Source: an uncultured Thiothrix sp.
Lineage (GTDB): Bacteria > Pseudomonadota > Gammaproteobacteria > Poriferisulfidales > GCA-002705445
Assembly: GCA_902559815.1 (NCBI GenBank)
Contig: CACEJE010000005.1
Coordinates: forward strand, 2,170-66,169
Direction of reading: 5' to 3'
DNA: 64,000 nucleotides
The translations under genes and the position numbers were made by a program. The notes under the pieces were generated by a model, which searched no databases, was not told the DNA's origin, and saw only the letters and a list, made by a program, of their open reading frames with translations. Shown piece by piece: positions 41,174 through 51,059 of the stretch. Within the stretch, counting starts at the first letter, position 1. The number at the start of each line of letters is the position of its first letter.

Positions 41174-42178
41174 TTATTTTATATTTAAATTTTTATCTTG
41201 ATTTATATTTTTGTTCTCATCGAATTCAATCAATGAGCCTTTATTACGACCTTTGATAATTTCTATACGTAAGTTTTTACAAAAAAAATTATTCCTAATA
41301 TCTTTTGTGAGTTTATGTGCTGAGGTATCACTATCTGCTAGAATAAATCCTGTCGGCCCCCATGAACTTTGACCAACACCCATAAAGCCTTTTTTTTCCA
41401 CATAATTCATGATATTTGCAATATCTTGATTTGAATAAACTCCTCCTTGTATCGGAGAAAAATGTGTTCCAACAACTTTTTGTAATTGACCTATACCTTC
41501 AGAAAAATCAGAAAAATTATTTTCTTTTAGGCTTGGTAATATTGCCATATTTACTAAACGACAAAGTTTTTCTGATAAAGTCCCAGGAAATGGTTTAAGA
41601 GTTTTAAAAGCATTATACTCTTTTTGGCCGTGTATACCTTTTTCTCTACTATTTATTAAAAGAATTATTCTCCAGTTATCTGGAAAATTTTGTCTCACTG
41701 TAATTGGTGGTAGTTCTGGCGACTTGCCTTTTCCACCATCAATTAAAAATCCACCACTTTCAAATGCACCTATGCCTATACCTGACCTATTACCTCTGTC
41801 TAGTACTTTTCCTATATCCATTAAACTTAAATTAAGATCAAATAATTTTGATACTGCAACTCCAACACTAAGAGCAAGCTGAGTTCCAGAACCTAATCCA
41901 GCATGCTCTGGAATTTTTTTATGAACGTCAATTAATACAGTTTCATCAACTTCGTAAGCTTTTAAAATTAAATCAGCATATTCATAAGCTCTTTTGTTAA
42001 TCTCATTTAATACTTTATTTTGATTTAATGAATTTTTTGAAACAGTTATTGACGTTTCAATGCTATTTATAGCTAATCCAACACTCCCAAATTTACGTCC
42101 AAGAGAGCCACTTAAATCCATAAAACCTAAATGTAGTCTAGCTGGAGAAGTTATTTTTATTTTTGTTTTAGTTTTCAT
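41174..42178 (-). CDS. mptG: GHMP-kinase-fold beta-ribofuranosylaminobenzene 5'-phosphate synthase-like protein
   Basis: GHMP motif HAGLGSGTQLALS at about 334 aa, first gene of the H4MPT module. Confidence 0.55.
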   Translation of the reverse strand: MKTKTKIKITSPARLHLGFMDLSGSLGRKFGSVGLAINSIETSITVSKNSLNQNKVLNEINKRAYEYADLILKAYEVDETVLIDVHKKIPEHAGLGSGTQLALSVGVAVSKLFDLNLSLMDIGKVLDRGNRSGIGIGAFESGGFLIDGGKGKSPELPPITVRQNFPDNWRIILLINSREKGIHGQKEYNAFKTLKPFPGTLSEKLCRLVNMAILPSLKENNFSDFSEGIGQLQKVVGTHFSPIQGGVYSNQDIANIMNYVEKKGFMGVGQSSWGPTGFILADSDTSAHKLTKDIRNNFFCKNLRIEIIKGRNKGSLIEFDENKNINQDKNLNIK

Positions 42179-42200
42179 AGTTATGAATATTATATTATTT

Positions 42201-45200
42201 TTATTTTAGATGCATTCTAGCATTATAGAAAAATTTCGACCAAGGAGATATTATTTCCTCATCATTTGTCGGAAATTGTTTTATATTCATCAACCTTTCA
42301 GGATGAGGCATCATAAGAGTAACGTTACCAGATAGTGAAGATACCCCAGCAATACCTTTATATGACCCATTTGGATTATATGGATATAACTCGGTACGAT
42401 TGTCACGATCACTTAAATAACTTATACAAATCTGCTGGTTACTTTCTAGTTTTTTATAATCTTCATCATTAAGGAAAGCTCTACCCTCACCATGGGATAT
42501 AACTATAGGTATTTTAGAGTCTTCCATTCCTGAAAGGAAGATGGAGTTTGATTTCTCAATATTAACCATAACTATTCTTGACTCAAACCTCTCACTTGTA
42601 TTTTGTAAAAAAAGTGGCCAGTGATCAGATCCTGGAATTATAGTTTTTAAGTTCGAAAGAGTTTGACATCCGTTACATATGCCAAGAGAAAACTTATCCA
42701 TATTATCAAAATAGTTAGAAAAATTATTTTGTAAAATTTCATTATGTAAAATTTTATTTGCCCATCCTCGTCCAGCGCCTAAAACATCACCATAAGAAAA
42801 GCCTCCACAGAAAACTATACCTTGAAATTTTTCTAGATAATTCTCTTTTGCAATTAACGAGTTCATTGTTACGTCTATTGCATCAAATCCGTACATACTA
42901 AAAGCATTTGCCATTTCATAATGCCCATTAATACCTTGTTCTCTTAGAATTCCAACTTTTGGTTTTGTTTTGTTTATGAAAAAATTTTTCTGTATATCAG
43001 AATCTGAGAATTTCTTATCAATATAAAGGCCTTTATTTTCATATTTTCCTATAAAGTCATATTCACACTTAGCGGTTTTTGAATTATCTCTAATATTTTG
43101 TATCTCATAACTAGTTCTATGCCAAGTTTTATGAAGAGTTTCTAGTGAGTTGTTATAAATTAGATTTTTTTTGTTAAAAATATTTATTTCATATGAAGAA
43201 TTAATATTTGCGATGACATAATTTTCGACATTAATTCCGTAATAAGCATCCTGAACTAAAGATAAAAATTTATTAGGAATTTGCATTACTACTCCAAGTT
43301 CCTCATTAAACATAAATTCATTCAGCTTTGAAATATTTTTGTCATAAAGAATATCTAAGCCAACATGTCCTGCAAATGCTGATTCCAACAATGTTACAAT
43401 TAGCCCTCCGTCAGATTTATCATGGTATGATAATATTTTATTATTTTTCATTAATTCTTGAGTAACATTAAAAAAATTTTTAAATTTTTGGATATCCTCA
43501 ACTTTCGGGCATTTTGAATCATTTGTTTGTAAAACCTGTGATAATGCAGACCCCCCTGTTCTAATATTGCCGTTAGAAAGATCAATAAAAATAATTGAAG
43601 TATCTTTTTTATTTACAAACATTGGCTTAACAATATTCTGTAAGTTATCAATATTTGAAAATGCACTTATTATTAAAGTATTTGGTGATTTTACACTTAT
43701 ATCTTTTTGTTTTTCAGACCAAGACATTTTCATTGACAAAGAGTCTTTTCCAACTGGTATAGATATTCCTAATTTATTACATATATTTGATGTAACTGAT
43801 TCAGCAGTTTTGAAAAGCTGATATTTGTCAAAGTCACTGTCAAAACTTGACATCCAATTTGCTGATAGAGCAATTTTAGCAATATTTTCTATTGGCGCTG
43901 AACATATATTTAGTAGAGCTTCGCAAACTGCCAGCTCCCCTGAGGCAACTGGATTATAAACTGCGATAGAAGATTTTTCCCCTAATGACATAACTTCACC
44001 TGAATTAAAAGAAAAGTCATTTGAAGTTACTGCGCAGTCAGCAATTGGCACTTGCCAAGGGCCAATAAATTGATCTTGAACAGTTAAACCACCAACGGTT
44101 CTGTCACCAATTGTTATTAAAAACTGTTTAGATGCTACAGCTGGCAAAGACAATACTTTTGTTAAACAATCGTCAAATTTATAATTACTGTAATTATAGC
44201 CAATCTCTTCAATAATGCTGGAAGTAGTTTCAATTTGCTGCTTTCCCTTTTCCCCAAAAAGTATATTCATAGGAAGATCAATAAATGATTTCTTTTTATC
44301 TTTTAATACAAATCTTTTTTCATTAGTTGCGGTTCCAATTACTGAAAATGGACAATTTTCTTTAAGGCAAGTTTTTTCAAATATATTTAAATCAGATTTC
44401 TTAATAGCTAAAACATAACGTTCTTGAGATTCATTACACCATATTTCCAATGGATTTAAGCTTTTGTCAGCGCAAGGAATTTTATCAATATCAATAATTG
44501 CACCTTTATTACTATCATTCACAAGTTCTGGAACTGCATTAGATAAGCCACCAGCCCCAACATCATGAATTGAAATTATTATATTTTTCAATAGGTTAGA
44601 GATCTTATCTATAACTTCTTGACACCTTCTTTGCATTTCAGCATTTTCTCTTTGAACAGAAGCGAAATCTAGATCTTCATTTTCTCTAGAAGAATGCTTA
44701 GATGAAGCAGCTCCACCACCAAGTCCAACAAGCATTGACGGTCCTCCAAGAACAACAATCAAATCAGAATCTTCAATATCCATTTTTTTATAATTTGAAT
44801 GATCTATTGATCCAAAGCCACCAGCAATCATTATAGGTTTGTGGTATCCATAATATGAGTTTTCATCAATTTTTTGCTCAAACGTTCTAAAATATCCACT
44901 TAAACAAGGCCTACCAAACTCGTTATTGTATGAAGATGATCCTAGGGGGCCTTCAATCATAATATCTAACGCTGAAGCAATTCTATCAGGGTATGATAAG
45001 CTAATATTTTCTTCCCAAGACTGAATAAAGTTTGGAATATTCAAATTTGACACATTAAAACCACATAGACCTGCTTTAGTTTTAGACCCTCTGCCAGTTG
45101 CGGCCTCATCTCTTATTTCTCCGCCTGAACCTGTTGCAGCACCTGAATAAGGCGAGATTGCTGTTGGGTGATTATGGGTTTCGACCTTAATTACACTATG

Positions 45201-46043
45201 GGTATCTATATCCTTATAAACATAATAACCATCTTTATCTACAATTAATTTTTTTGTTTTAAATGAACTAATTACAGCAGAATTATCAGAATATGCTTTA
45301 ATTATATGTTTAGATTTTTCAGGCTCAGTGGACCTAATAAATTGAAACAAAGTTTTTTCTTGATCTGCACTATCAATAATCCACGAAGAATTAAATATTT
45401 TATGTCTGCAATGCTCAGAATTTACTTGCGCAAACATCATTAGCTCTACATCAGTAGGCTTTCTATTTAAAGTAATATAATTACGATTTAGATAATTTAT
45501 TTCATCATTTGACAAAGCTAAACCAAGAGCTTTATTTGATTGTTCTATATAAGATAGTATATCACCTTCAATTCTTATTTTTTCCCTTGGCTCTATAGAT
45601 GTAAAATTATAATCTTTGATATCAAAAAAAATTGTTTCTGTCATTTTATCGAAAAATTCTACATAAAAATCTTCGTTGTTAATGATATTTTTATCAATAT
45701 TATCATTAAAAATATATAATTTGGCTTGCTCGATAGTTTTAAGCTTTTTTAAACCACTTGCATAAAAAATATCTCTAGCTTTTGACCCCCAAGAAGATTC
45801 AACACCCACTCTTGGTGTTACAAGAAAGTAATTAGAAGTACTTATATATTTGGGCAGATCATTTGACAGAAGTAATTTTTTAGCAAGATTTTGTTCTTCG
45901 GTGTTAAAACTTGATTCTAAATCTAAAAAATATACATAATACATTGAAAATAATGAAGAAATATTGAATTTTTTTGAGATTTTATTGTAAATCTTTTGAT
46001 TTAGCTGAGTATTTGAAATCTCATTTTCACACAATATATGCAT
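42201..46043 (-). CDS. purL: Phosphoribosylformylglycinamidine synthase, single-chain large form
   Basis: 1280 aa with FGAM synthase AIRS domains (GAATGSGGEIRDE) and a C-terminal glutaminase domain (GICNGCQ). Confidence 0.95.
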   Translation of the reverse strand: MHILCENEISNTQLNQKIYNKISKKFNISSLFSMYYVYFLDLESSFNTEEQNLAKKLLLSNDLPKYISTSNYFLVTPRVGVESSWGSKARDIFYASGLKKLKTIEQAKLYIFNDNIDKNIINNEDFYVEFFDKMTETIFFDIKDYNFTSIEPREKIRIEGDILSYIEQSNKALGLALSNDEINYLNRNYITLNRKPTDVELMMFAQVNSEHCRHKIFNSSWIIDSADQEKTLFQFIRSTEPEKSKHIIKAYSDNSAVISSFKTKKLIVDKDGYYVYKDIDTHSVIKVETHNHPTAISPYSGAATGSGGEIRDEAATGRGSKTKAGLCGFNVSNLNIPNFIQSWEENISLSYPDRIASALDIMIEGPLGSSSYNNEFGRPCLSGYFRTFEQKIDENSYYGYHKPIMIAGGFGSIDHSNYKKMDIEDSDLIVVLGGPSMLVGLGGGAASSKHSSRENEDLDFASVQRENAEMQRRCQEVIDKISNLLKNIIISIHDVGAGGLSNAVPELVNDSNKGAIIDIDKIPCADKSLNPLEIWCNESQERYVLAIKKSDLNIFEKTCLKENCPFSVIGTATNEKRFVLKDKKKSFIDLPMNILFGEKGKQQIETTSSIIEEIGYNYSNYKFDDCLTKVLSLPAVASKQFLITIGDRTVGGLTVQDQFIGPWQVPIADCAVTSNDFSFNSGEVMSLGEKSSIAVYNPVASGELAVCEALLNICSAPIENIAKIALSANWMSSFDSDFDKYQLFKTAESVTSNICNKLGISIPVGKDSLSMKMSWSEKQKDISVKSPNTLIISAFSNIDNLQNIVKPMFVNKKDTSIIFIDLSNGNIRTGGSALSQVLQTNDSKCPKVEDIQKFKNFFNVTQELMKNNKILSYHDKSDGGLIVTLLESAFAGHVGLDILYDKNISKLNEFMFNEELGVVMQIPNKFLSLVQDAYYGINVENYVIANINSSYEINIFNKKNLIYNNSLETLHKTWHRTSYEIQNIRDNSKTAKCEYDFIGKYENKGLYIDKKFSDSDIQKNFFINKTKPKVGILREQGINGHYEMANAFSMYGFDAIDVTMNSLIAKENYLEKFQGIVFCGGFSYGDVLGAGRGWANKILHNEILQNNFSNYFDNMDKFSLGICNGCQTLSNLKTIIPGSDHWPLFLQNTSERFESRIVMVNIEKSNSIFLSGMEDSKIPIVISHGEGRAFLNDEDYKKLESNQQICISYLSDRDNRTELYPYNPNGSYKGIAGVSSLSGNVTLMMPHPERLMNIKQFPTNDEEIISPWSKFFYNARMHLK

Positions 46044-46212
46044 ACTAGGTAAATGTTTGTATAGAATTAATGTGCATAACTATAGCATTTAATCAAAATA
46101 ATTTATATTTTTAGAGTATTAATTATAGTTTTAATTTCAAATGCGCATGAATTCCTTCTTCATTATAAGTAAAATTAAGCATATGATGATATTTAAATAA
46201 TTGAGGTAAATA

Positions 46213-47076
46213 ATGATTGAAATAATAATACTTGTTATTGGGTTAATTATAGCATTTACGTTGGGTTACTATATTGGAAAATCTAATAAATTTAGTTCTA
46301 ACGATCTGTCACAACAAACGGGACTTGTTTCGCAAATTTCAGAAATGAAAGGTATGTTTGCTGAAATTGAAAAATCAAGGCATAGAGCTGAAGATATGCG
46401 AGACGCTCAAATACAAGATATGCGAAATATGATGACAACATTCACACAAACAATCTCTGGAACAAAAACGAGAGGAATGGTTGGTGAATCAATACTTTCA
46501 GAAGTTCTTTCAAATTCAATCAAAGCTGGGGTTATAAAAAAAGAATTAAAAATTGGATCTCAAAACGTTGAGTTTGCTTGGGATTTAGGCGACGGTAAGT
46601 ATATACCTATAGATTCAAAACTTCCTGATGTTTTTTCATTAGTAGATCAATTTGAAAAGTCTACAGAAACTGCTGAAAAAAAGATATTATCAAAAAAAAT
46701 AAAAGATAAAATAATTAGAGAAATTTTAAATATACAAAAGTATCAAAATCAACAAAATACTATTGATTACTGTATTCTTGTTGTTCCACCTTCTGTCTTA
46801 GACATATCTCCTGAGCTAATAAGTATTGGAAAAAACAGTAATGTAGCAATATGCTCATATAAAGAGGTATTTTTAATTGCGCATATTCTAGATGACCAAT
46901 ATCACCGCCTGAAAGATGAGGGAGACATTGGCGAATATAAAAAAATTACCAAAAAACTTTTTGCTATATTTGACAAAATTAATTTAAAATCTGAGACAAT
47001 AGATAGAGCAGTTAAACAATTATCTAACGCAAATGATGAAATAAAAGATGAAATCGCTAAAAGTAAGAGACTATAA
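46213..47076 (+). CDS. rmuC: DNA recombination protein RmuC family (short form)
   Basis: N-terminal TM helix, then a coiled coil and a RmuC-like core (GESILSEVL, VEFAWDLGDGKYIPIDSK). Confidence 0.55.
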   Translation: MIEIIILVIGLIIAFTLGYYIGKSNKFSSNDLSQQTGLVSQISEMKGMFAEIEKSRHRAEDMRDAQIQDMRNMMTTFTQTISGTKTRGMVGESILSEVLSNSIKAGVIKKELKIGSQNVEFAWDLGDGKYIPIDSKLPDVFSLVDQFEKSTETAEKKILSKKIKDKIIREILNIQKYQNQQNTIDYCILVVPPSVLDISPELISIGKNSNVAICSYKEVFLIAHILDDQYHRLKDEGDIGEYKKITKKLFAIFDKINLKSETIDRAVKQLSNANDEIKDEIAKSKRL

Positions 47077-47203
47077 TGTTGTTATATTGAGTTATTTTTT
47101 CAACTATATTAATAAACTATATATAGTTTGCTCTTAAGACTAGCATAATCTATAATCGCCATCCTATTTTAACTATAAAAACTATATAGTACAATTAAGT
47201 CTT

Positions 47204-47557
47204 GGGGGCGATCTGGATTCGACGTGGATTGCAAAGCCCTAGGTGCATGTCGAGTATATAGCTATTCTCGTTAAAAATGCTATAAACTTATAGTTGCAAA
47301 CGAAGACAACTACGCACTAGCAGCTTAATCCTGCTGGTCATCATTCAGAAACGTGCTTGTGCATTTCAGTTTGGTGTCGCTTAACACAAGATAGTAATTA
47401 TTTTCGCCATTAGAATAATTATGAAACCCAATTGGATAGTGTAACAAAGTGTCTGCTCGTTAACATTAGTTGCATGAAATTTAATAACGAAGCTAAACAT
47501 GTAGTACCGAAGGTAGAGGATTTGCGGACGCGGGTTCAATCCCCGCCGCCTCCACCA
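47204..47557 (+). ncRNA. ssrA: tmRNA (ssrA), standard one-piece form
   Basis: 5' GGGGGCGATCTGGATTCGACG pairs with 3' CGCCTCCACCA, including the G3:U wobble. It has a tRNA-like T-arm GGTTCAATCCCC. The tag reading frame GCA AAC GAA GAC AAC TAC GCA CTA GCA GCT TAA (47296-47328) encodes ANEDNYALAA. Confidence 0.85.
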
Positions 47558-47623
47558 TACACCCTTCTATCGTATTGAGTAGTTTGGTTTTCATTATGTA
47601 TTTTATATTTTCAAACAAATCTA

Positions 47624-48103
47624 TTAATTATCGTTATCAAAGTTTTTAAGATATTTTTTTAAACTGCTTTCTCGTAACTCGTCTGCTGTTCCGTCAAAAA
47701 GTTTACACGTGCTTTTTATCTGAGAGTTTTTATCAGGCGAAAAAGTAATATTCAAATCTTCTGTATCTAAATAGTAATCAAGCTTTGGGACTTCTACGAC
47801 TTTCTTTTTCCAGTTTTTCTCGTTATCATTTTTATTTAACTTATTATATATTTCTAGTTTTTTATCAGCTTTTAAATAAAGGTATCTAGGATTATTTAAA
47901 AAACCATATGTTCCCTCTCGGATTCCGATATCAAAATAAACAAGAAAATAATTAGTAGTTTGGTATCTTTTATTATCTAGAAAATTGTATGTTACAAGTA
48001 AATTATGTTCTTCACAAAATAAATTTATTCCACTCATATTCTTTGAAGCAAACACCTGTGAAGAAAATAAGAACAAACAGATTGTAAGTAACTTGGCTTT
48101 CAT
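47624..48103 (-). CDS. Hypothetical secreted protein
   Basis: Has a signal peptide and low-complexity, Asn/Lys-rich sequence. Confidence 0.35.
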   Translation of the reverse strand: MKAKLLTICLFLFSSQVFASKNMSGINLFCEEHNLLVTYNFLDNKRYQTTNYFLVYFDIGIREGTYGFLNNPRYLYLKADKKLEIYNKLNKNDNEKNWKKKVVEVPKLDYYLDTEDLNITFSPDKNSQIKSTCKLFDGTADELRESSLKKYLKNFDNDN

Positions 48104-48126
48104 TATTTAAATTTATTTAAAAAATT

Positions 48127-48525
48127 TTATTCACATAAATATTTAATTTTGGAAATGAAATATTTCATTGCCATATTGGAAGAAGAAAAAAATCTTGAGT
48201 CTAAGTATTCATCTTTTTCAATATTTTGAATATAAAATTCCCACGTAGCATATTGGGAATCATATTCATCCGGGGAGAAATCTTGCAGTATCAAAACAAA
48301 AACTGTTTTATTGTTTTTTGATAAAAATTTAATAGCACAGCCTTCAATTGAAAAATCACAGTGCTCGATATATGTATTATTTAAAAAAGGTTTTACAGAT
48401 TGATTGAAGTACTCAATTTTTTGAACAAGGTTTTTTTTATACATATTCTGACCTTTTTTTGGTTCAGATGTATATTTTGGCTGTTTTTGTTTATTTTTGT
48501 ATTCTTTAAGGTCCGTTACACTCAC
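48127..48525 (-). CDS. Hypothetical protein
   Basis: 132-aa ORF. Confidence 0.3.
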   Translation of the reverse strand: MSVTDLKEYKNKQKQPKYTSEPKKGQNMYKKNLVQKIEYFNQSVKPFLNNTYIEHCDFSIEGCAIKFLSKNNKTVFVLILQDFSPDEYDSQYATWEFYIQNIEKDEYLDSRFFSSSNMAMKYFISKIKYLCE

Positions 48526-48607
48526 AATAATTCCGAAAGATAAATAAATATTTTAAAATTAAATATATTATAATTAAATAAGCATTTTAATTACAGCTTT
48601 AAAAAAT

Positions 48608-51058
48608 ATGAACAATAATGCTATCCTAAACAATGTCATTGACGAGATAAATAGTCATAGGACATATAAAAACATAGTTTTAATACCAAAAAATTATTCT
48701 AAAAAATTTATATCATCTATTCTTTCTAGAAATGTTGAAAATGCTTATATAATTTATTATATAGACGAATATATTTTTCATTTAAATAATAATAATAGCT
48801 TCAAGTTATATAACAGTGACATAAAATATCTGAGCAAAGCTATATTTGAGATCAATCCTTACTTAGATAAAAATAATCAACTTCATAATGTTGAGAATAT
48901 TATGTCAATATTGCTATCTTTTTTTTTAGAAAAAAATCTTTTTGTAAAATCAGAATTAACCGCTAATCAAAAGTTGCAAGAAATTGAAAGAGACATGAAA
49001 CTACTTTCGTATGAATCCAAAATATTTTACGAAATTTGTAAATTATGGATTCAAAAATCTATAAATGACGATACATATATAAATTTATATCTTAATTTTT
49101 TGAACCAAGACATAAATCAGGAGAATAATAATTTTTATCATTTTATAAATAATAATAGCTTATCAGAAACTGAATTATCCTGGGTTAATAAAAATTTAAA
49201 AAAACTTATAAAGTATGATAGTTTTTTTAATGATGATATCTATAATCATAACTATAAACCATTATTTCTCAAAAAATACAAATCTTATGATTTTGATTCG
49301 CAAGAAGAAGAATTAGATTTTATATCTAATGATATAGAAAGTGTAATAAATAATAATAAGAATTCTAAGATAGCACTTATAAATAATAATAGATATTTTG
49401 GAAGGCGTCTTAGGGCTATTCTTGAAGAAAAAAATATTATAGTTAATGACAGTTATGGCTGGCTGCTTTCGACTAGCGCTTGTTGTTCTTATATAAATAG
49501 TTTATTAAAGTTCATGCTTTCAGAAGATAATTTTCTGAATATTCACGATATTATTATGTCGCCATTTTTTATGCCTAAAGATAAAATAGAAACAAAAAAA
49601 AAATATCTTGATAATATAGTTTTAAATAATAACCAAGATATTAATAGATCGCTGGAAGATATAATGAAAAATAATAAAGAAAAATATTCTTTATTATTAA
49701 AGCGAAATTTCAGAAAAAATATATTATATAAAAGTAGTGAATTTAGACATTTTATTATCAGTAAGCTTGAGATATTAGAATCGCTTGAATTAATAAAAAG
49801 TGATGAAGCAGGTAAAAAGTTTTTAGTATCATTAGAGAATTTTACAGAAACAACATCTGAAAAATACAGTATGAAAGAATGGCACAAAAAATTAATTAAT
49901 TATCTTAATGATTTAACCTTTGTAATAGAAAATTCTAGTAACATATTTTATATAGACATAAAACACGCAAATTTATGCAGTTTTGACAAAATATATGTAA
50001 GCTCTATGTCAAATACGCATTATCCTAGAAAAATTTTAAATAATTACTCAAAAAATAATGTTATATATAATGAGCTTTCAATTTCCTCTAATATAGAATC
50101 TGATGAATCTATAAGGGATTTTTTAAATTTATCAAAAATTACAGACTCAATATTACTAACATTTCATTCATCAGATTATGATGAAATTTTTTCTAAGAGT
50201 AAATTTAAAAATTATATAGATTTTTTTATAGAATCTTCAAATAAAACATTAAAAAAAGAAAATAATCATAATATCTCAACAAAAAATAAAAATAGAGAAG
50301 TTAAAATTTTTTTAGATAATGACTTTAAAAATTTAACTTATATAGATATTGAAAACTTTAATAATTGCTTTTACTGTTTCTATTCTGGAAAGAAATCTCC
50401 AAAAAGAAAATTATCGATTATTGAAAATAACTATTTTACTTTTGGCTTATTTGTTCATCATATTTTAGCTGAAGTAATAAATAAATACATCAAAGAAAAA
50501 AATATTACTTTTTTTGACGAACTAAATAAATACTCGCATTCTGCCAAACAATTATTTTATCCAAATAATAATGCATCATTAGATTTCGAACTTTGGATTA
50601 AAATTTTACCGCATATTTCTAATTATCTTACTGCGGATATTGATAAAAAATATAATTTCTCAACTGAAAAACGTATTTATTCCTCATATAAAAATTTCAT
50701 CAATCTTCAAGGCAGATCTGACCTTCAATATAAACTTGGAGATAAAAATTATGTTGTAGATTATAAAACTGGAGCTATTCCCAGTAAGAAGTCTGTTCTC
50801 AACGGAATTTCTCTTCAATTACCATTTTATTCGTATATAAACCAAAATTTTACAAATGCTGAGTATATAGGCATAAATATATCAAATAATACAATTAAAA
50901 AGTTAAGTTTTGATGTATCTGATTTTGATTATTCAAAAAATATAATTACTGAAAGCCTAGATAAAATATTCTTAAATATACAAAACAATATACCGTTAAT
51001 CGTAAAAAAAAGTTCACAAGGATGTTTAAATTGTGGGTATAAAAATATTTCTTTATAA
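48608..51058 (+). CDS. AddB-like PD-(D/E)XK nuclease family protein with Fe-S cysteines, lacking Walker A
   Basis: C-terminal RecB-family nuclease motif GRSDLQY...VVDYKTG. Flanking cysteines CFYC...CLNC fit an AddB/Cas4-type [4Fe-4S] site. The N-terminus IVLIPKNYSKKF resembles the AddB post-P-loop segment, but no GKT/GKS motif is present. The sequence is highly Asn-rich. Confidence 0.45.
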   Translation: MNNNAILNNVIDEINSHRTYKNIVLIPKNYSKKFISSILSRNVENAYIIYYIDEYIFHLNNNNSFKLYNSDIKYLSKAIFEINPYLDKNNQLHNVENIMSILLSFFLEKNLFVKSELTANQKLQEIERDMKLLSYESKIFYEICKLWIQKSINDDTYINLYLNFLNQDINQENNNFYHFINNNSLSETELSWVNKNLKKLIKYDSFFNDDIYNHNYKPLFLKKYKSYDFDSQEEELDFISNDIESVINNNKNSKIALINNNRYFGRRLRAILEEKNIIVNDSYGWLLSTSACCSYINSLLKFMLSEDNFLNIHDIIMSPFFMPKDKIETKKKYLDNIVLNNNQDINRSLEDIMKNNKEKYSLLLKRNFRKNILYKSSEFRHFIISKLEILESLELIKSDEAGKKFLVSLENFTETTSEKYSMKEWHKKLINYLNDLTFVIENSSNIFYIDIKHANLCSFDKIYVSSMSNTHYPRKILNNYSKNNVIYNELSISSNIESDESIRDFLNLSKITDSILLTFHSSDYDEIFSKSKFKNYIDFFIESSNKTLKKENNHNISTKNKNREVKIFLDNDFKNLTYIDIENFNNCFYCFYSGKKSPKRKLSIIENNYFTFGLFVHHILAEVINKYIKEKNITFFDELNKYSHSAKQLFYPNNNASLDFELWIKILPHISNYLTADIDKKYNFSTEKRIYSSYKNFINLQGRSDLQYKLGDKNYVVDYKTGAIPSKKSVLNGISLQLPFYSYINQNFTNAEYIGINISNNTIKKLSFDVSDFDYSKNIITESLDKIFLNIQNNIPLIVKKSSQGCLNCGYKNISL

Positions 51059-51059
51059 T

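Noticed and set aside
43567-44418. Small plus-strand ORFs inside purL
   Set aside because: They are antisense to a 1280-aa conserved gene.
42201-46043. purL as a component of the H4MPT module
   Set aside because: All domains match a housekeeping FGAM synthase. The linkage is noted separately as positional only.
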